NCBI GenBank assembly: GCA_009777955.1
Contig: WRKW01000001.1
Span: forward strand, 98,255 to 162,254
Source: Alphaproteobacteria bacterium
GTDB lineage: Bacteria > Pseudomonadota > Alphaproteobacteria > Rs-D84
Direction of reading: 5' to 3'
DNA length: 64,000 bases
Below, piece after piece: positions 1 through 7,971 of this stretch; the stretch's first letter is position 1, and every line of letters begins with the position of its first letter. A model generated the notes under the pieces. That model saw only the letters and a program-made list of their open reading frames with translations, made no database searches and was not told where the DNA came from. A program made the position numbers and the translations under genes.

Positions 1-848
1 ACAAGGATATTGGAAATTATAAGCAATATTGGAAAATGTTCTGGTCGCCCGTATCGCCCGACCAAAAAACTGACCATTATGGCGACACCGGCAAAGACAG
101 AGCTGATAATACCCAGATTCAGATTCGTGTGAAACAGATACACAATATACATCGTGGTTACAACATTCAACGGTTCACTGTACGAAAATCCAGCCAGAAA
201 TTCGGTTAAAAATACCCGACGAACCAGAATTGATCTGCGTGCCTGGGGTATAAAAACCGACAACGAAAATCGTTTGGAAGTGACATTCCGACTGCGTATA
301 AAAAATGATAATATCAATTCAAACCCCAGAAAAAGCAGCATTGCCACAGCCATGTGTTCATAAGAACCAATGGTAATAAACAGTCCCAGGAATAGGGGCG
401 TTGCGACGGATGCTATGCCGCTGACCATTGCGCTGTATCCGGTATATGCTGTCATCATGCGCTTTTTTATTTTTTCGCCGATAATGATGTTAAATGGACA
501 ATGACGAAATGCCATGGCCAACCCGTATACTGCGCCGAATATAGCAATATATGGTGCAATGCCGTCACCTGTTAAAGCAATCGCGCCCAGGCACAGTGCC
601 TGGATCAATATGCTGATGCGATATATCTGCATCTTGTCTTTGCGTTTTACTGTATCGGCCAGCAATATAAAGCCCAACGTTATGACGGTGTAAAGTGCTA
701 TTTTGTAAATGGAAATTGATATGGCTTCGCTTTGGGCGATTTGCATGATATATGCGATCAGGAATGTGCCAAAGAAAGTGCCAACGATAGAATGTATCGC
801 AGACAGCATGATAAGTATTTTTGCTTCGGAATGTAGCCGCAGTTTCAT
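1..848 (-). CDS. Polytopic membrane transporter (MFS-like). N-terminal part only; the gene runs off the window start.
   Basis: Uninterrupted minus-strand reading frame from an ATG whose complement is at 846..848. Manual translation MKLRLHSEAKILIMLSAIHSIVGTFFGTFLIAYIMQIAQ... gives a hydrophobic multi-helix profile. The ORF track omits it because there is no in-window stop. Confidence 0.45.
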   Translation of the reverse strand, partial: MKLRLHSEAKILIMLSAIHSIVGTFFGTFLIAYIMQIAQSEAISISIYKIALYTVITLGFILLADTVKRKDKMQIYRISILIQALCLGAIALTGDGIAPYIAIFGAVYGLAMAFRHCPFNIIIGEKIKKRMMTAYTGYSAMVSGIASVATPLFLGLFITIGSYEHMAVAMLLFLGFELILSFFIRSRNVTSKRFSLSVFIPQARRSILVRRVFLTEFLAGFSYSEPLNVVTTMYIVYLFHTNLNLGIISSVFAGVAIMVSFLVGRYGRPEHFPILLIISNIL

Positions 849-936
849 TCGGTAATTATATCATAAATCGCTTGCAAATGCAAAAAATCCGGATTGATAA
901 CTGGGTTTGAAAAACTGGCATAACAAATCAAATCTT

Positions 937-1257
937 TTAATAACAGGGTATAACACCCAGCTCTTCGGCGGCTTCGTAATCCGAAACGAAACGATTTGGG
1001 TTTTTGGTTTGGCGATAGTTTTCAGCAATTGCTGCCACATCATCATCAGATAACCATATACAATCTTTACGGGGTATATAATCATAATCTTCTTCGGATG
1101 CGTTTGTACTTGATTTCTCTTCAACTAAATTTATATATTCGAAAGAATTTTCGTAATCATAGCAGCACGGACAAATGCAACCATTCGTATTGTATATCAT
1201 TGCCCCAAGTATTATTAATGTACCAACAATTCCGATTTTATAGAATATTTCTTTCAT
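937..1257 (-). CDS. Small hypothetical protein with an N-terminal hydrophobic helix and a CxCxCC motif
   Basis: 106-aa ORF MKEIFYKIGIVGTLIILGAMIYNTNGCICPCCYDYE... No recognisable family. Confidence 0.3.
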   Translation of the reverse strand: MKEIFYKIGIVGTLIILGAMIYNTNGCICPCCYDYENSFEYINLVEEKSSTNASEEDYDYIPRKDCIWLSDDDVAAIAENYRQTKNPNRFVSDYEAAEELGVIPCY

Positions 1258-1270
1258 GCTGACCCTATAA

Positions 1271-1690
1271 TCATTTTATATCAAAACTTTCGGATTTGAA
1301 ATTGCAATAATAGCGGCCGGATTTTGCTTTGAATTTTAATACACAATAATCTGTATCGGTTTTACCGCCGGGATAATACATTGTGTCGCCGGGTTGCCAA
1401 ATCATATCTTTTGATTTTTGATCTTCCAAAACTTCCATTGTGCCAACCAGCATTAACCCCTGGTAAGCAAACATATTTTTTGCGTAAAAATAAATTGCCG
1501 CATTTTTATTTTTGCGAAACTGCGAAACGCGCAGACTGCTGGTATTTGTCGAGAACCAGAATTCTTTAAGCCCATTTCTTTTCCGTGGTGCCAGCATTGC
1601 TTTTATATTTGGAAACCCATCTTTATCAATCGATGCTATGAATGATGTTTTTGTTTTATTAATCAATTTTTCAAATTTATCTATTTGCAT
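1271..1690 (-). CDS. Pyridoxamine 5'-phosphate oxidase-like FMN-binding protein (general stress protein 26-like)
   Basis: 139 aa. Size and sequence pattern (…FIASIDKDGFPNIKAML…AIYFYAKNMFAYQGLMLVGTMEVLEDQ…) resemble the PNPOx-like split-barrel family. Confidence 0.45.
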   Translation of the reverse strand: MQIDKFEKLINKTKTSFIASIDKDGFPNIKAMLAPRKRNGLKEFWFSTNTSSLRVSQFRKNKNAAIYFYAKNMFAYQGLMLVGTMEVLEDQKSKDMIWQPGDTMYYPGGKTDTDYCVLKFKAKSGRYYCNFKSESFDIK

Positions 1691-1716
1691 ACTGATTCCT
1701 TTATTATGTCAATAAT

Positions 1717-1760
1717 TTCGTGGACAAATTTTTAACGGTAACGCAGTTGCCGTCATTCCC
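1717..1760. repeat. Dispersed palindromic repeat, copy A (TTCGTGGACAAATTnTTAAC…GCGTTGCCGTCATTCC)
   Basis: Near-identical to 2358..2400. The motif GTTGCCGTCATTCC recurs inverted at 7882..7913. Confidence 0.7.
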
Positions 1761-1806
1761 ACACAGGTGGGAATCCAATGTTTATATAGGTGTCTTTCGT
1801 TACCGC

Positions 1807-2301
1807 TTATCCGTCAGTTCTGCCATAGAATAAAACTTTCTGAAAAGGCCATTTTTTCATGAACTCACGAACTTCTTTTTCAAGAATCGGGTCAAGACCC
1901 TTATCAAATTCGCTTTTTCTTACCCACATATAAACAATCGCATCATAGCCATCTTTATCATAAGGATATATATAAAAACACCCCAAGCAGACAGATTCAT
2001 CGGGTGCCATAACTGTATAAGCAAACGAAGACCTGCATTGGAATTCTTTTTGATGCCAGCCTAAATCTATCAAATCTTGCTCTAAAGACATATTGGGCGA
2101 GGGCCAGGTGCTATTCGAACCAAATACACCTTGTAAATGTTCCACGCTGGTCATAACGGCTTCATAATCTTTAACCACATCATTCACCGTCAGAATTCTG
2201 GCTTTCATTTTATCAGTTAAAAACCCAGACGGTATTTCAAAATCATTCGGTATAAATTTTTTCATAATTTTTATCCAATTTGTTTTTGCATTATAAATCA
2301 C
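1807..2301 (-). CDS. Hypothetical protein
   Basis: 164-aa ORF with no overlap to better ORFs. Weak resemblance to a small acyltransferase-like fold; not assignable. Confidence 0.4.
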   Translation of the reverse strand: MIYNAKTNWIKIMKKFIPNDFEIPSGFLTDKMKARILTVNDVVKDYEAVMTSVEHLQGVFGSNSTWPSPNMSLEQDLIDLGWHQKEFQCRSSFAYTVMAPDESVCLGCFYIYPYDKDGYDAIVYMWVRKSEFDKGLDPILEKEVREFMKKWPFQKVLFYGRTDG

Positions 2302-2357
2302 GAATCTATATAAAGAAAGATAAATATATGAAAATGAGGATTGTACAAGTCAAAAAT

Positions 2358-2535
2358 TTCGTGGACAAATTCTTAACAACAACTGCGTTGCCGTCATTCC
2401 TGTAAAAGTCAAAGTTTCGGCATAGCACAGCGACAATGGATGGCTCGGCGTAAGCCACCCGTAGCTTTAGTAAAGGGTGGGATAGCTCAAAGTCTCGGCG
2501 TAGCGCAGCGAAGACGGATGCAGTTATCGGGTCAA
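2358..2535. repeat. Dispersed palindromic repeat, composite copy B (A-module plus GGCTCGGCGTAAGCCACCCG…GGGTGGGATAGCTCAAAGTCTCGGCGTAGCGCAGCGAAGACGGATGCAGTTATCGGG)
   Basis: Shares sub-modules with 1717..1760, 5177..5230, 6645..6691 and 7882..7913. Has internal hairpin potential (GCCACCC…GGGTGGG). Confidence 0.7.
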
Positions 2536-2590
2536 TGATTTGGTTGGATTTGCTGAATTGGCAAGAGAAGTTAAATTTTTCAGAGAAAAT

Positions 2591-2872
2591 TTATTTTGTG
2601 GGTACTTTTCTTGCAATAGCCATAAGAGCAAATGCAAGCACATCCATTGCTGATTGTGAATGCTTGGGCGTAGGAATTACAACTTCGTATTTCAATTGCA
2701 TTCCTTCTTGTATTTTTGCATTTGGAACAAAATCAACAATAACATTGGCTACATGACATTTGTTTTTACATCCAAGCCCACATTCTTCGCAAGTAGTCCA
2801 TACTGCGTTATTTAAATCATTGTCGGGTGTTTGTGTAATAATACGAATCCCATCGTCTCTCATTATTCTCAC
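2591..2872 (-). CDS. Hypothetical Cys-rich small protein
   Basis: 93 aa with CEECGLGCKNKCH. No family assignment. Confidence 0.3.
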   Translation of the reverse strand: MRIMRDDGIRIITQTPDNDLNNAVWTTCEECGLGCKNKCHVANVIVDFVPNAKIQEGMQLKYEVVIPTPKHSQSAMDVLAFALMAIARKVPTK

Positions 2873-2960
2873 CTATTATTTGTACCCTACAAACTCTCTA
2901 CCTGTGATATTATAAAACAAATATTTCCGAGTTGCATTAAAATAATTAAAATCTGGGCAA

Positions 2961-3008
2961 CTGGATTCGAACCACACCTTTGTTAAGGCTACGGGTAATT
3001 ACGCTTTG
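2961..3008. repeat. 48-bp direct repeat, left copy (CTGGATTCGAACCACACCTTTGTTAAGGCTACGGGTAATTACGCTTTG)
   Basis: Repeated at 6056..6103 with 1 mismatch. Contains a T-loop-like GGTTCGAATCC on the minus strand but does not fold as a tRNA. Confidence 0.7.
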
Positions 3009-3081
3009 GAAAGGTAAGGAAACCAATCACTTTGATGAGATTATCGGTTTAAGCCCGCTAATTCAGGCAGTTTTAGAAAAA

Positions 3082-3333
3082 TCATACATCTTCCGATAAT
3101 GTAAATATATCTACAAATAAATCATGTATACTGTTTATATGTTCTACTTTGACTTGTTGTTTCTTTATGAAATTACATGCTGCCATATGAAAAGTTTCAC
3201 CAGTGTCTAATCTTTTATAAACAATTATATCTAAACCGTTTACATTTTGAACATTGATAATTTCACAATCTACCCCATCAAATCTTTTATAGATTTGACC
3301 AGTCTTTATGTTTGCACTTTGTATTGTGGTCAT
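3082..3333 (-). CDS. Hypothetical protein
   Basis: 83-aa ORF between the left direct repeat and the HNH gene. Confidence 0.35.
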   Translation of the reverse strand: MTTIQSANIKTGQIYKRFDGVDCEIINVQNVNGLDIIVYKRLDTGETFHMAACNFIKKQQVKVEHINSIHDLFVDIFTLSEDV

Positions 3334-3444
3334 GATATTTCCTTTAATTTGCTTATAAAAAAATCCGGATACAATTCCAGTTTTGATAGTTTATACTATA
3401 TCACAAAATGACCAAAAAATCAAGATGCTTTAATATTCGAAAGA

Positions 3445-3735
3445 CTAGTGTCTTGACTCATGACAACTGTGACAAACGGAAACAAGCCACTGGATGGGTT
3501 CTCTGCCGATGTTTTTTGCATATTTTAAATGATGTATTTGGGTTGCTTTGGCTCCACAATAAACACACTTATAATTATCTCTTTTAAAAACAACATATCT
3601 CTTCCGTTGCCAAGCTTCAGACTGCAGATAATCATTTCTATAATAGTTGGTTCGCATCTCTCGACGGACACTCCCTATCAACATTCTAAAAAGTGACCTT
3701 GTTGTAAACATGCTATTCCCCCAACAACCAATCAA
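3445..3735 (-). CDS. HNH endonuclease (small, McrA/HNH_5-like)
   Basis: CVYCGAKATQIHHLKYAKNIGREPIQWLVSVCHSCHESRH shows the CxxC…HH…N…CxxCH zinc-finger/HNH signature. The start overlaps the stop of the upstream ATPase gene (3713..3735). An alternative ATG at 3711 would leave a 1-nt gap. Confidence 0.6.
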   Translation of the reverse strand: MIGCWGNSMFTTRSLFRMLIGSVRREMRTNYYRNDYLQSEAWQRKRYVVFKRDNYKCVYCGAKATQIHHLKYAKNIGREPIQWLVSVCHSCHESRH

Positions 3736-4996
3736 CTACATTGATTATCTTGATACCCCTGTATGATTTCTGTGGGATTACCCCAAGGGTCAATATGGTT
3801 TTTTCAAAGTTATCTTCTATCTTTTCCAATGATGCTAATTCCCGTTTTAAAGTTTCTTCGGAATCGACCGACAGGGCAACTTGGTAATACATGGTGTTAT
3901 CACCTTTTTCTGTAACAAAGTCTACTTCCTTGTCTCTGACCCGACCTGTGTATACCCGATTCCCACGGCGAAGCAGTTCCAGATAAACTATGTTTTCCAA
4001 TACATGTCCACCATCTATGGTTTTATTACCACCCAACATATAATACCGCAGACCGCTGTCGACCCCGTAATATTTGGAATCCGCCCGCAATAATTCTTTG
4101 CCTTTTAACTGCTGTTGGTCACATTTATAGAACAAGAAACTTTCCAATAATGCATCGACTATCTTTTGAACCTTGGACACATAGACATTTTTATCAGTTG
4201 GAAAAAACTTGAATTCTGAATTCACTACATTTGCTATGTTATTAAAGGATGTCGGATGACTGACATTGCTGAACAAGAATTTAACTATACGGTTTATTTC
4301 AGACACATTGTCGATACCAGTCCGCAGAGAAATATCTTTTGCAACTATGGTGTTATAAAGACTATCCAGATATATTTGTATTTCCGATGTTTTGACTCTT
4401 ACACTATCTAGTATTTTTGCACCTGGTGCTATGTCTTTTTCTTGGTATTCTATATCTATAAGTTTTGCTATATCTGGAAAACCGCCATATTCACGGAATA
4501 TGTCAAACAATATCGGGGTCAAAAATTTACTGGGATTAAATGCTGATACAAACTCCTTGAAAGATAATGGGAACATTTTTATTTCTATATATCGACCAGA
4601 AAGTAGTGTGGATAATTTCTGGGAATACATATATGCATTAGAACCTGTCAGGTATAAGTCTATGTTCTTTTCCAACCGCAGACTGTTGATTGCTTTTTGG
4701 AATTCTGGAACCATTTGCACCTCATCCAAAAACACATAGTTCATTTTATCTGGCAGAACGGTCGATTTCACATGATCATGCAATTTCTTCCAATCCATCA
4801 GTTCGGAAAACTCTGCCCGTTCCAGATTTATGTTTATTATCTGGGTATCAGAAACACCACCTTTTTTCAGATGGTCTTGAAATAATTGGAATAAAGTACT
4901 TTTTCCGCACCGGCGGACACCAGATATGATCTTGATAAAATCATTCTTGTCTTTCCAGCTTATCAGCTGATTTAAATAATCTGGACGGCTTATCAT
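3713..4996 (-). CDS. AAA+ ATPase of the DUF4143 / 'ATPase (AAA+ superfamily)' type
   Basis: 427 aa. N-terminal Walker A GVRRCGKSTLFQ, Walker B-like VFLDEVQ, and a long C-terminal DUF4143-like region. RBS AAGGGG upstream of the ATG at 4996. Confidence 0.6.
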   Translation of the reverse strand: MISRPDYLNQLISWKDKNDFIKIISGVRRCGKSTLFQLFQDHLKKGGVSDTQIININLERAEFSELMDWKKLHDHVKSTVLPDKMNYVFLDEVQMVPEFQKAINSLRLEKNIDLYLTGSNAYMYSQKLSTLLSGRYIEIKMFPLSFKEFVSAFNPSKFLTPILFDIFREYGGFPDIAKLIDIEYQEKDIAPGAKILDSVRVKTSEIQIYLDSLYNTIVAKDISLRTGIDNVSEINRIVKFLFSNVSHPTSFNNIANVVNSEFKFFPTDKNVYVSKVQKIVDALLESFLFYKCDQQQLKGKELLRADSKYYGVDSGLRYYMLGGNKTIDGGHVLENIVYLELLRRGNRVYTGRVRDKEVDFVTEKGDNTMYYQVALSVDSEETLKRELASLEKIEDNFEKTILTLGVIPQKSYRGIKIINVVDWLLGE

Positions 4997-5176
4997 GGTT
5001 TACCCCTTGTTTGTTATATTATAGTGCAAAAATGCATAAAAACAAGTAAATTGTTAAAATTATTTATAAAACGCCGTTAAAAGTCATTTTTGTTAAAATA
5101 ATTAATAAAATAGCAAATGATTAAAAAATGGCATTGAAAAACCGTGTCTTTTGAAAACGGTTGTAAAACCTGGTTC

Positions 5177-5230
5177 GGAATAGCTCAAAGTCTCGGCGTA
5201 GCGCAGTGAAGACGGATGCAGTTATCGGGC
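5177..5230. repeat. Dispersed palindromic repeat, copy C (GGAATAGCTCAAAGTCTCGGCGTAGCGCAGTGAAGACGGATGCAGTTATCGGG)
   Basis: Matches the 3' module of copy B. Confidence 0.7.
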
Positions 5231-5287
5231 TGAGAATATCAAGAAATTGATTAAGCAGATTGAACCTTTTAAGGGTAGCATTTGGGT

Positions 5288-5983
5288 TTAGATTTGTCTT
5301 GCAATACGACCAGCCATACCGCTTAAAATAGATATCTTTCCATTGTTTTCCAAAATAGCGGCACTATTATCAATAGCCCAACCTTTTATTTTTTTACGAG
5401 CTAATAATTTTGCAACCGCTTCCTTATACTCATCGCTCATAGTGTCCCAATGCACACCAGCAAAACCGGATATTAAACCGAGTCCCGGCAGGACATCCAA
5501 TTTCGCCATATCGCCATCGATGTATTCTTCATTATCATAGTAATCGAACCAGCATATAGCACCTGCGCTTAAACCACTCAAAATTTTACCTGACTTCCAA
5601 GCATCAACTAACATTTTATCAACCCCATGTTTCTTCCAAGTATCAAGCATCAGTTTAGTGTCACCGCCACCGACATAAATTATATCGGCATCATTTATTT
5701 TTTGCGTGATTTGTTCCTTGCGTGGGAGTTCATTTAGTAATTTTAACTCTGTTATTGTGCAACCAAGCCGTCCACCAAAGTGATCCAAAACGGCCTTGCT
5801 ATAAGAATCGGATTCATTACTGGCAGTGCCTATAAAAAGCAAAATGGGATTTGTCTTACCTGTGGTTTTTATAATTTCAGTATCAATTGATAAAGTTTCA
5901 ACAGGATATTGTTTAACACTGCCATCTGGCATAACTTTCTGTCTGCCGATTTCTCCGCCACCTAATGCAAAAATTCTTGTCAT
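5288..5983 (-). CDS. Peptidase S51 family protein (dipeptidase E / cyanophycinase-like)
   Basis: 231 aa. MTRIFALGGGEIG… and …ILSGLSAGAICWF… fit the PepE/S51 class-I glutamine-amidotransferase-like fold with a Ser nucleophile context. Confidence 0.5.
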   Translation of the reverse strand: MTRIFALGGGEIGRQKVMPDGSVKQYPVETLSIDTEIIKTTGKTNPILLFIGTASNESDSYSKAVLDHFGGRLGCTITELKLLNELPRKEQITQKINDADIIYVGGGDTKLMLDTWKKHGVDKMLVDAWKSGKILSGLSAGAICWFDYYDNEEYIDGDMAKLDVLPGLGLISGFAGVHWDTMSDEYKEAVAKLLARKKIKGWAIDNSAAILENNGKISILSGMAGRIARQI

Positions 5984-6055
5984 AATAATCTCTTTTGTTT
6001 ATTAGATTATAGTATAGAAAAATAAAATTTCCATATTTTTATAAAAACAAGGGGG

Positions 6056-6103
6056 CTGGACTCGAACCACACCTTTGTTAAGGCTACGGGTAATTACGCT
6101 TTG
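6056..6103. repeat. 48-bp direct repeat, right copy
   Basis: See 2961..3008. The two copies bracket the HNH/ATPase/S51 segment. Confidence 0.7.
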
Positions 6104-6218
6104 CAAAAACAAGGATTTTGAGTAATTGGTCAAGCAGATTCAACTTTTTAAATCTGATATTGAAAAGTCGGAATGCTTATGTTAATCTGTATCAAAGATG
6201 AGGGAATAGAGAGGCAAA

Positions 6219-6563
6219 TTGAAAGGAATAAATATGTCATTTGCAATTGCTTTAACCGGTACAGTTGGTGGAAAAAAAATTACCGGCGATAACTCATTTG
6301 GTAATGATCTCTTTATGTTGCGTGCACATTGTGGTCGTTTTTCCTATGGACCTCAATCTGAATGCCCATTATATATCGGGATTAAAAATTTCAATACGAA
6401 ACTTATTGGTGACGGAAGCGTCCAAATTGGCAGAGATTCCATTAAACTTGACTGCCCGAAGCCTGAAAAAAGAGATATTGACGACGAAATAACTAGGACT
6501 AAAAATCTGTTTCATAACTATCAGCAAACTGTATGTAACCATTGCAATCAAGGTGGTCGCTAA
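6219..6563 (+). CDS. Hypothetical protein
   Basis: 114-aa ORF followed by a hairpin terminator at 6606..6630. Confidence 0.35.
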   Translation: MKGINMSFAIALTGTVGGKKITGDNSFGNDLFMLRAHCGRFSYGPQSECPLYIGIKNFNTKLIGDGSVQIGRDSIKLDCPKPEKRDIDDEITRTKNLFHNYQQTVCNHCNQGGR

Positions 6564-6605
6564 AATTAAGGCGGTCTTACCAAAGCCTTGGAAACGCGGA
6601 TAAAA

Positions 6606-6630
6606 AAATGCCCCAAAGGGCATTTTATAA
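6606..6630 (+). terminator. Rho-independent terminator (ATGCCCCAAAGGGCAT + TTTTAT)
   Basis: GC hairpin followed by a T-run directly downstream of the 6219..6563 ORF. Confidence 0.5.
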
Positions 6631-6644
6631 TTTCTGGCTCGGCG

Positions 6645-6691
6645 TAAGCCACCCGAATCTTTAGTGAAAGGTGGAATAGCTTGGATTATTA
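6645..6691. repeat. Dispersed palindromic repeat, copy D (TGGCTCGGCGTAAGCCACCCGAATCTTTAGTGAAAGGTGGAATAGCT)
   Basis: Matches the middle module of copy B. Confidence 0.65.
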
Positions 6692-6835
6692 AGTAGAGAA
6701 TATAAAGTAATTTAAGGGTATGATAAAAGAAATACAACTCTTTAACGAAAAAATTAAAGAGAAACAAGAAGCGTTAGTTTGCTGATTGTCTTTCGCATCT
6801 CATTTCACAGTTTAGCCTGTCTAATAGTTGTCGCG

Positions 6836-7417
6836 CTATTTTTCTCTAACGGGATTACAAGTAATGGTTGAATTTCCAGAAATTGTAACTATTCCATCTA
6901 AATTCTTTTTAACAGTCATAGGTTTAATTTTATCAAACTCTTTTTGCTTTGCTTTTAAGATGTTTCTTTGCTCTTGTGTCAACTCTGGATCTGGATATTT
7001 CTTCAAAATTTCTTCAAATGCTTTTTGTCTCTCTGCTGCTGCTTCGGACCATTCTGCACTATTAATCTTAAGATGACTAATATCAGCCTTTGGATATTTT
7101 ATATTTAATTCTTTCCGTTCTGCTTCTATCTTTGCCAGATTGGGGTTACTTTGACGTCTCATATTCTGAGCCATAGGACTGTTTTCGCTGGTATCCATCA
7201 CTACCATTTTTTGCTGATATTCCATATTGCCGATTTTGTCCATTGGAACCATACTTGAACTAATATTTCCAGTACGAATTCGCCATCTCAACTGTTCTTT
7301 CCCAAACGCAAAAAAGTACTTATCTTCTGTACCACAATTATATTCTACATACGTTTCCTTTTGATTACCTACACAAGCAACTAAAACAATCGGTAAAATT
7401 AGAAATATCTTCTTCAT
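6836..7417 (-). CDS. Lipoprotein, hypothetical
   Basis: MKKIFLILPIVLVACVGNQ carries a lipobox (LVAC). 193 aa, with a Lys/Glu-rich C-terminus. Confidence 0.5.
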   Translation of the reverse strand: MKKIFLILPIVLVACVGNQKETYVEYNCGTEDKYFFAFGKEQLRWRIRTGNISSSMVPMDKIGNMEYQQKMVVMDTSENSPMAQNMRRQSNPNLAKIEAERKELNIKYPKADISHLKINSAEWSEAAAERQKAFEEILKKYPDPELTQEQRNILKAKQKEFDKIKPMTVKKNLDGIVTISGNSTITCNPVREK

Positions 7418-7630
7418 AATATTATCCTGTGATCTTAATTCTACGGATGATTGTAAATTGTTAAATTCCTAAAATCAACTCCATTATATTTGAACGGGGC
7501 AGAAAAAGCATGAAGCAAGCATTTTCAAATCTTTCATCCAAACGAGTTCATGTAAGTTCGATAATTGCTATTTTTTGACCTGCTCAGCCCGAAGCATTAT
7601 CGAACCAGCCCAAGTGCTTGGAAAATCAAC

Positions 7631-7655
7631 AAAAAAGACCCCTTTTGAGAGGTCT
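7631..7655 (-). terminator. Hairpin plus T-run downstream of tRNA-Asn
   Basis: Minus strand reads AAGACCTCTCAAAAGGGGTCTTTTTT. Confidence 0.45.
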
Positions 7656-7664
7656 TGTAAAACT

Positions 7665-7740
7665 TGGCTCGGGCAGATGGACTCGAACCATCGACATACG
7701 GATTAACAGTCCGTTGTTCTACCGACTGAACTATGCCCGA
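7665..7740 (-). tRNA. tRNA-Asn (anticodon GTT)
   Basis: Reverse complement folds as TCGGGCA-TA-GTTC-AGTCGGTA-GAAC-A-ACGGA-CTGTTAA-TCCGT-ATGTC-GATGG-TTCGAGT-CCATC-TGCCCGA-G-CCA, with an encoded CCA. Confidence 0.85.
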
Positions 7741-7881
7741 ACAGCGGGCTTATATTAATGCAGATTTTTACGGTTTGCAAGGAAAAAAGAGAGAATGTAC
7801 ATTTTATAGGTCGGCTGTTCCTGTGCAAATCAGTCAGTTCGCAAACGGAATCATAATCCACATTCGCAGGAATTGTTTGAC

Positions 7882-7913
7882 TTTTACAGGAATGACGGCA
7901 ACTGCGTTGCCGT
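7882..7913. repeat. Dispersed repeat, copy E (inverted copy of the A/B module)
   Basis: TTTTACAGGAATGACGGCAACTGCGTTGCCGTT is the reverse complement of the module at 2380..2410. Confidence 0.65.
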
Positions 7914-7971
7914 TATAATTCTGTCCGTGAATTAATTGATTTTTACAGACACGAAGATTTATATAAGAAAT

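Noticed and set aside
154-363. 69-aa plus-strand ORF at the window start
   Set aside because: Lies antisense inside the continuous minus-strand transporter reading frame (1..848).
2961-3008. Interpreting the 48-bp repeat as a partial tRNA gene
   Set aside because: It contains a GGTTCGAATCC T-loop-like motif, but the flanking bases do not form T-stem or acceptor-stem pairing in either copy.
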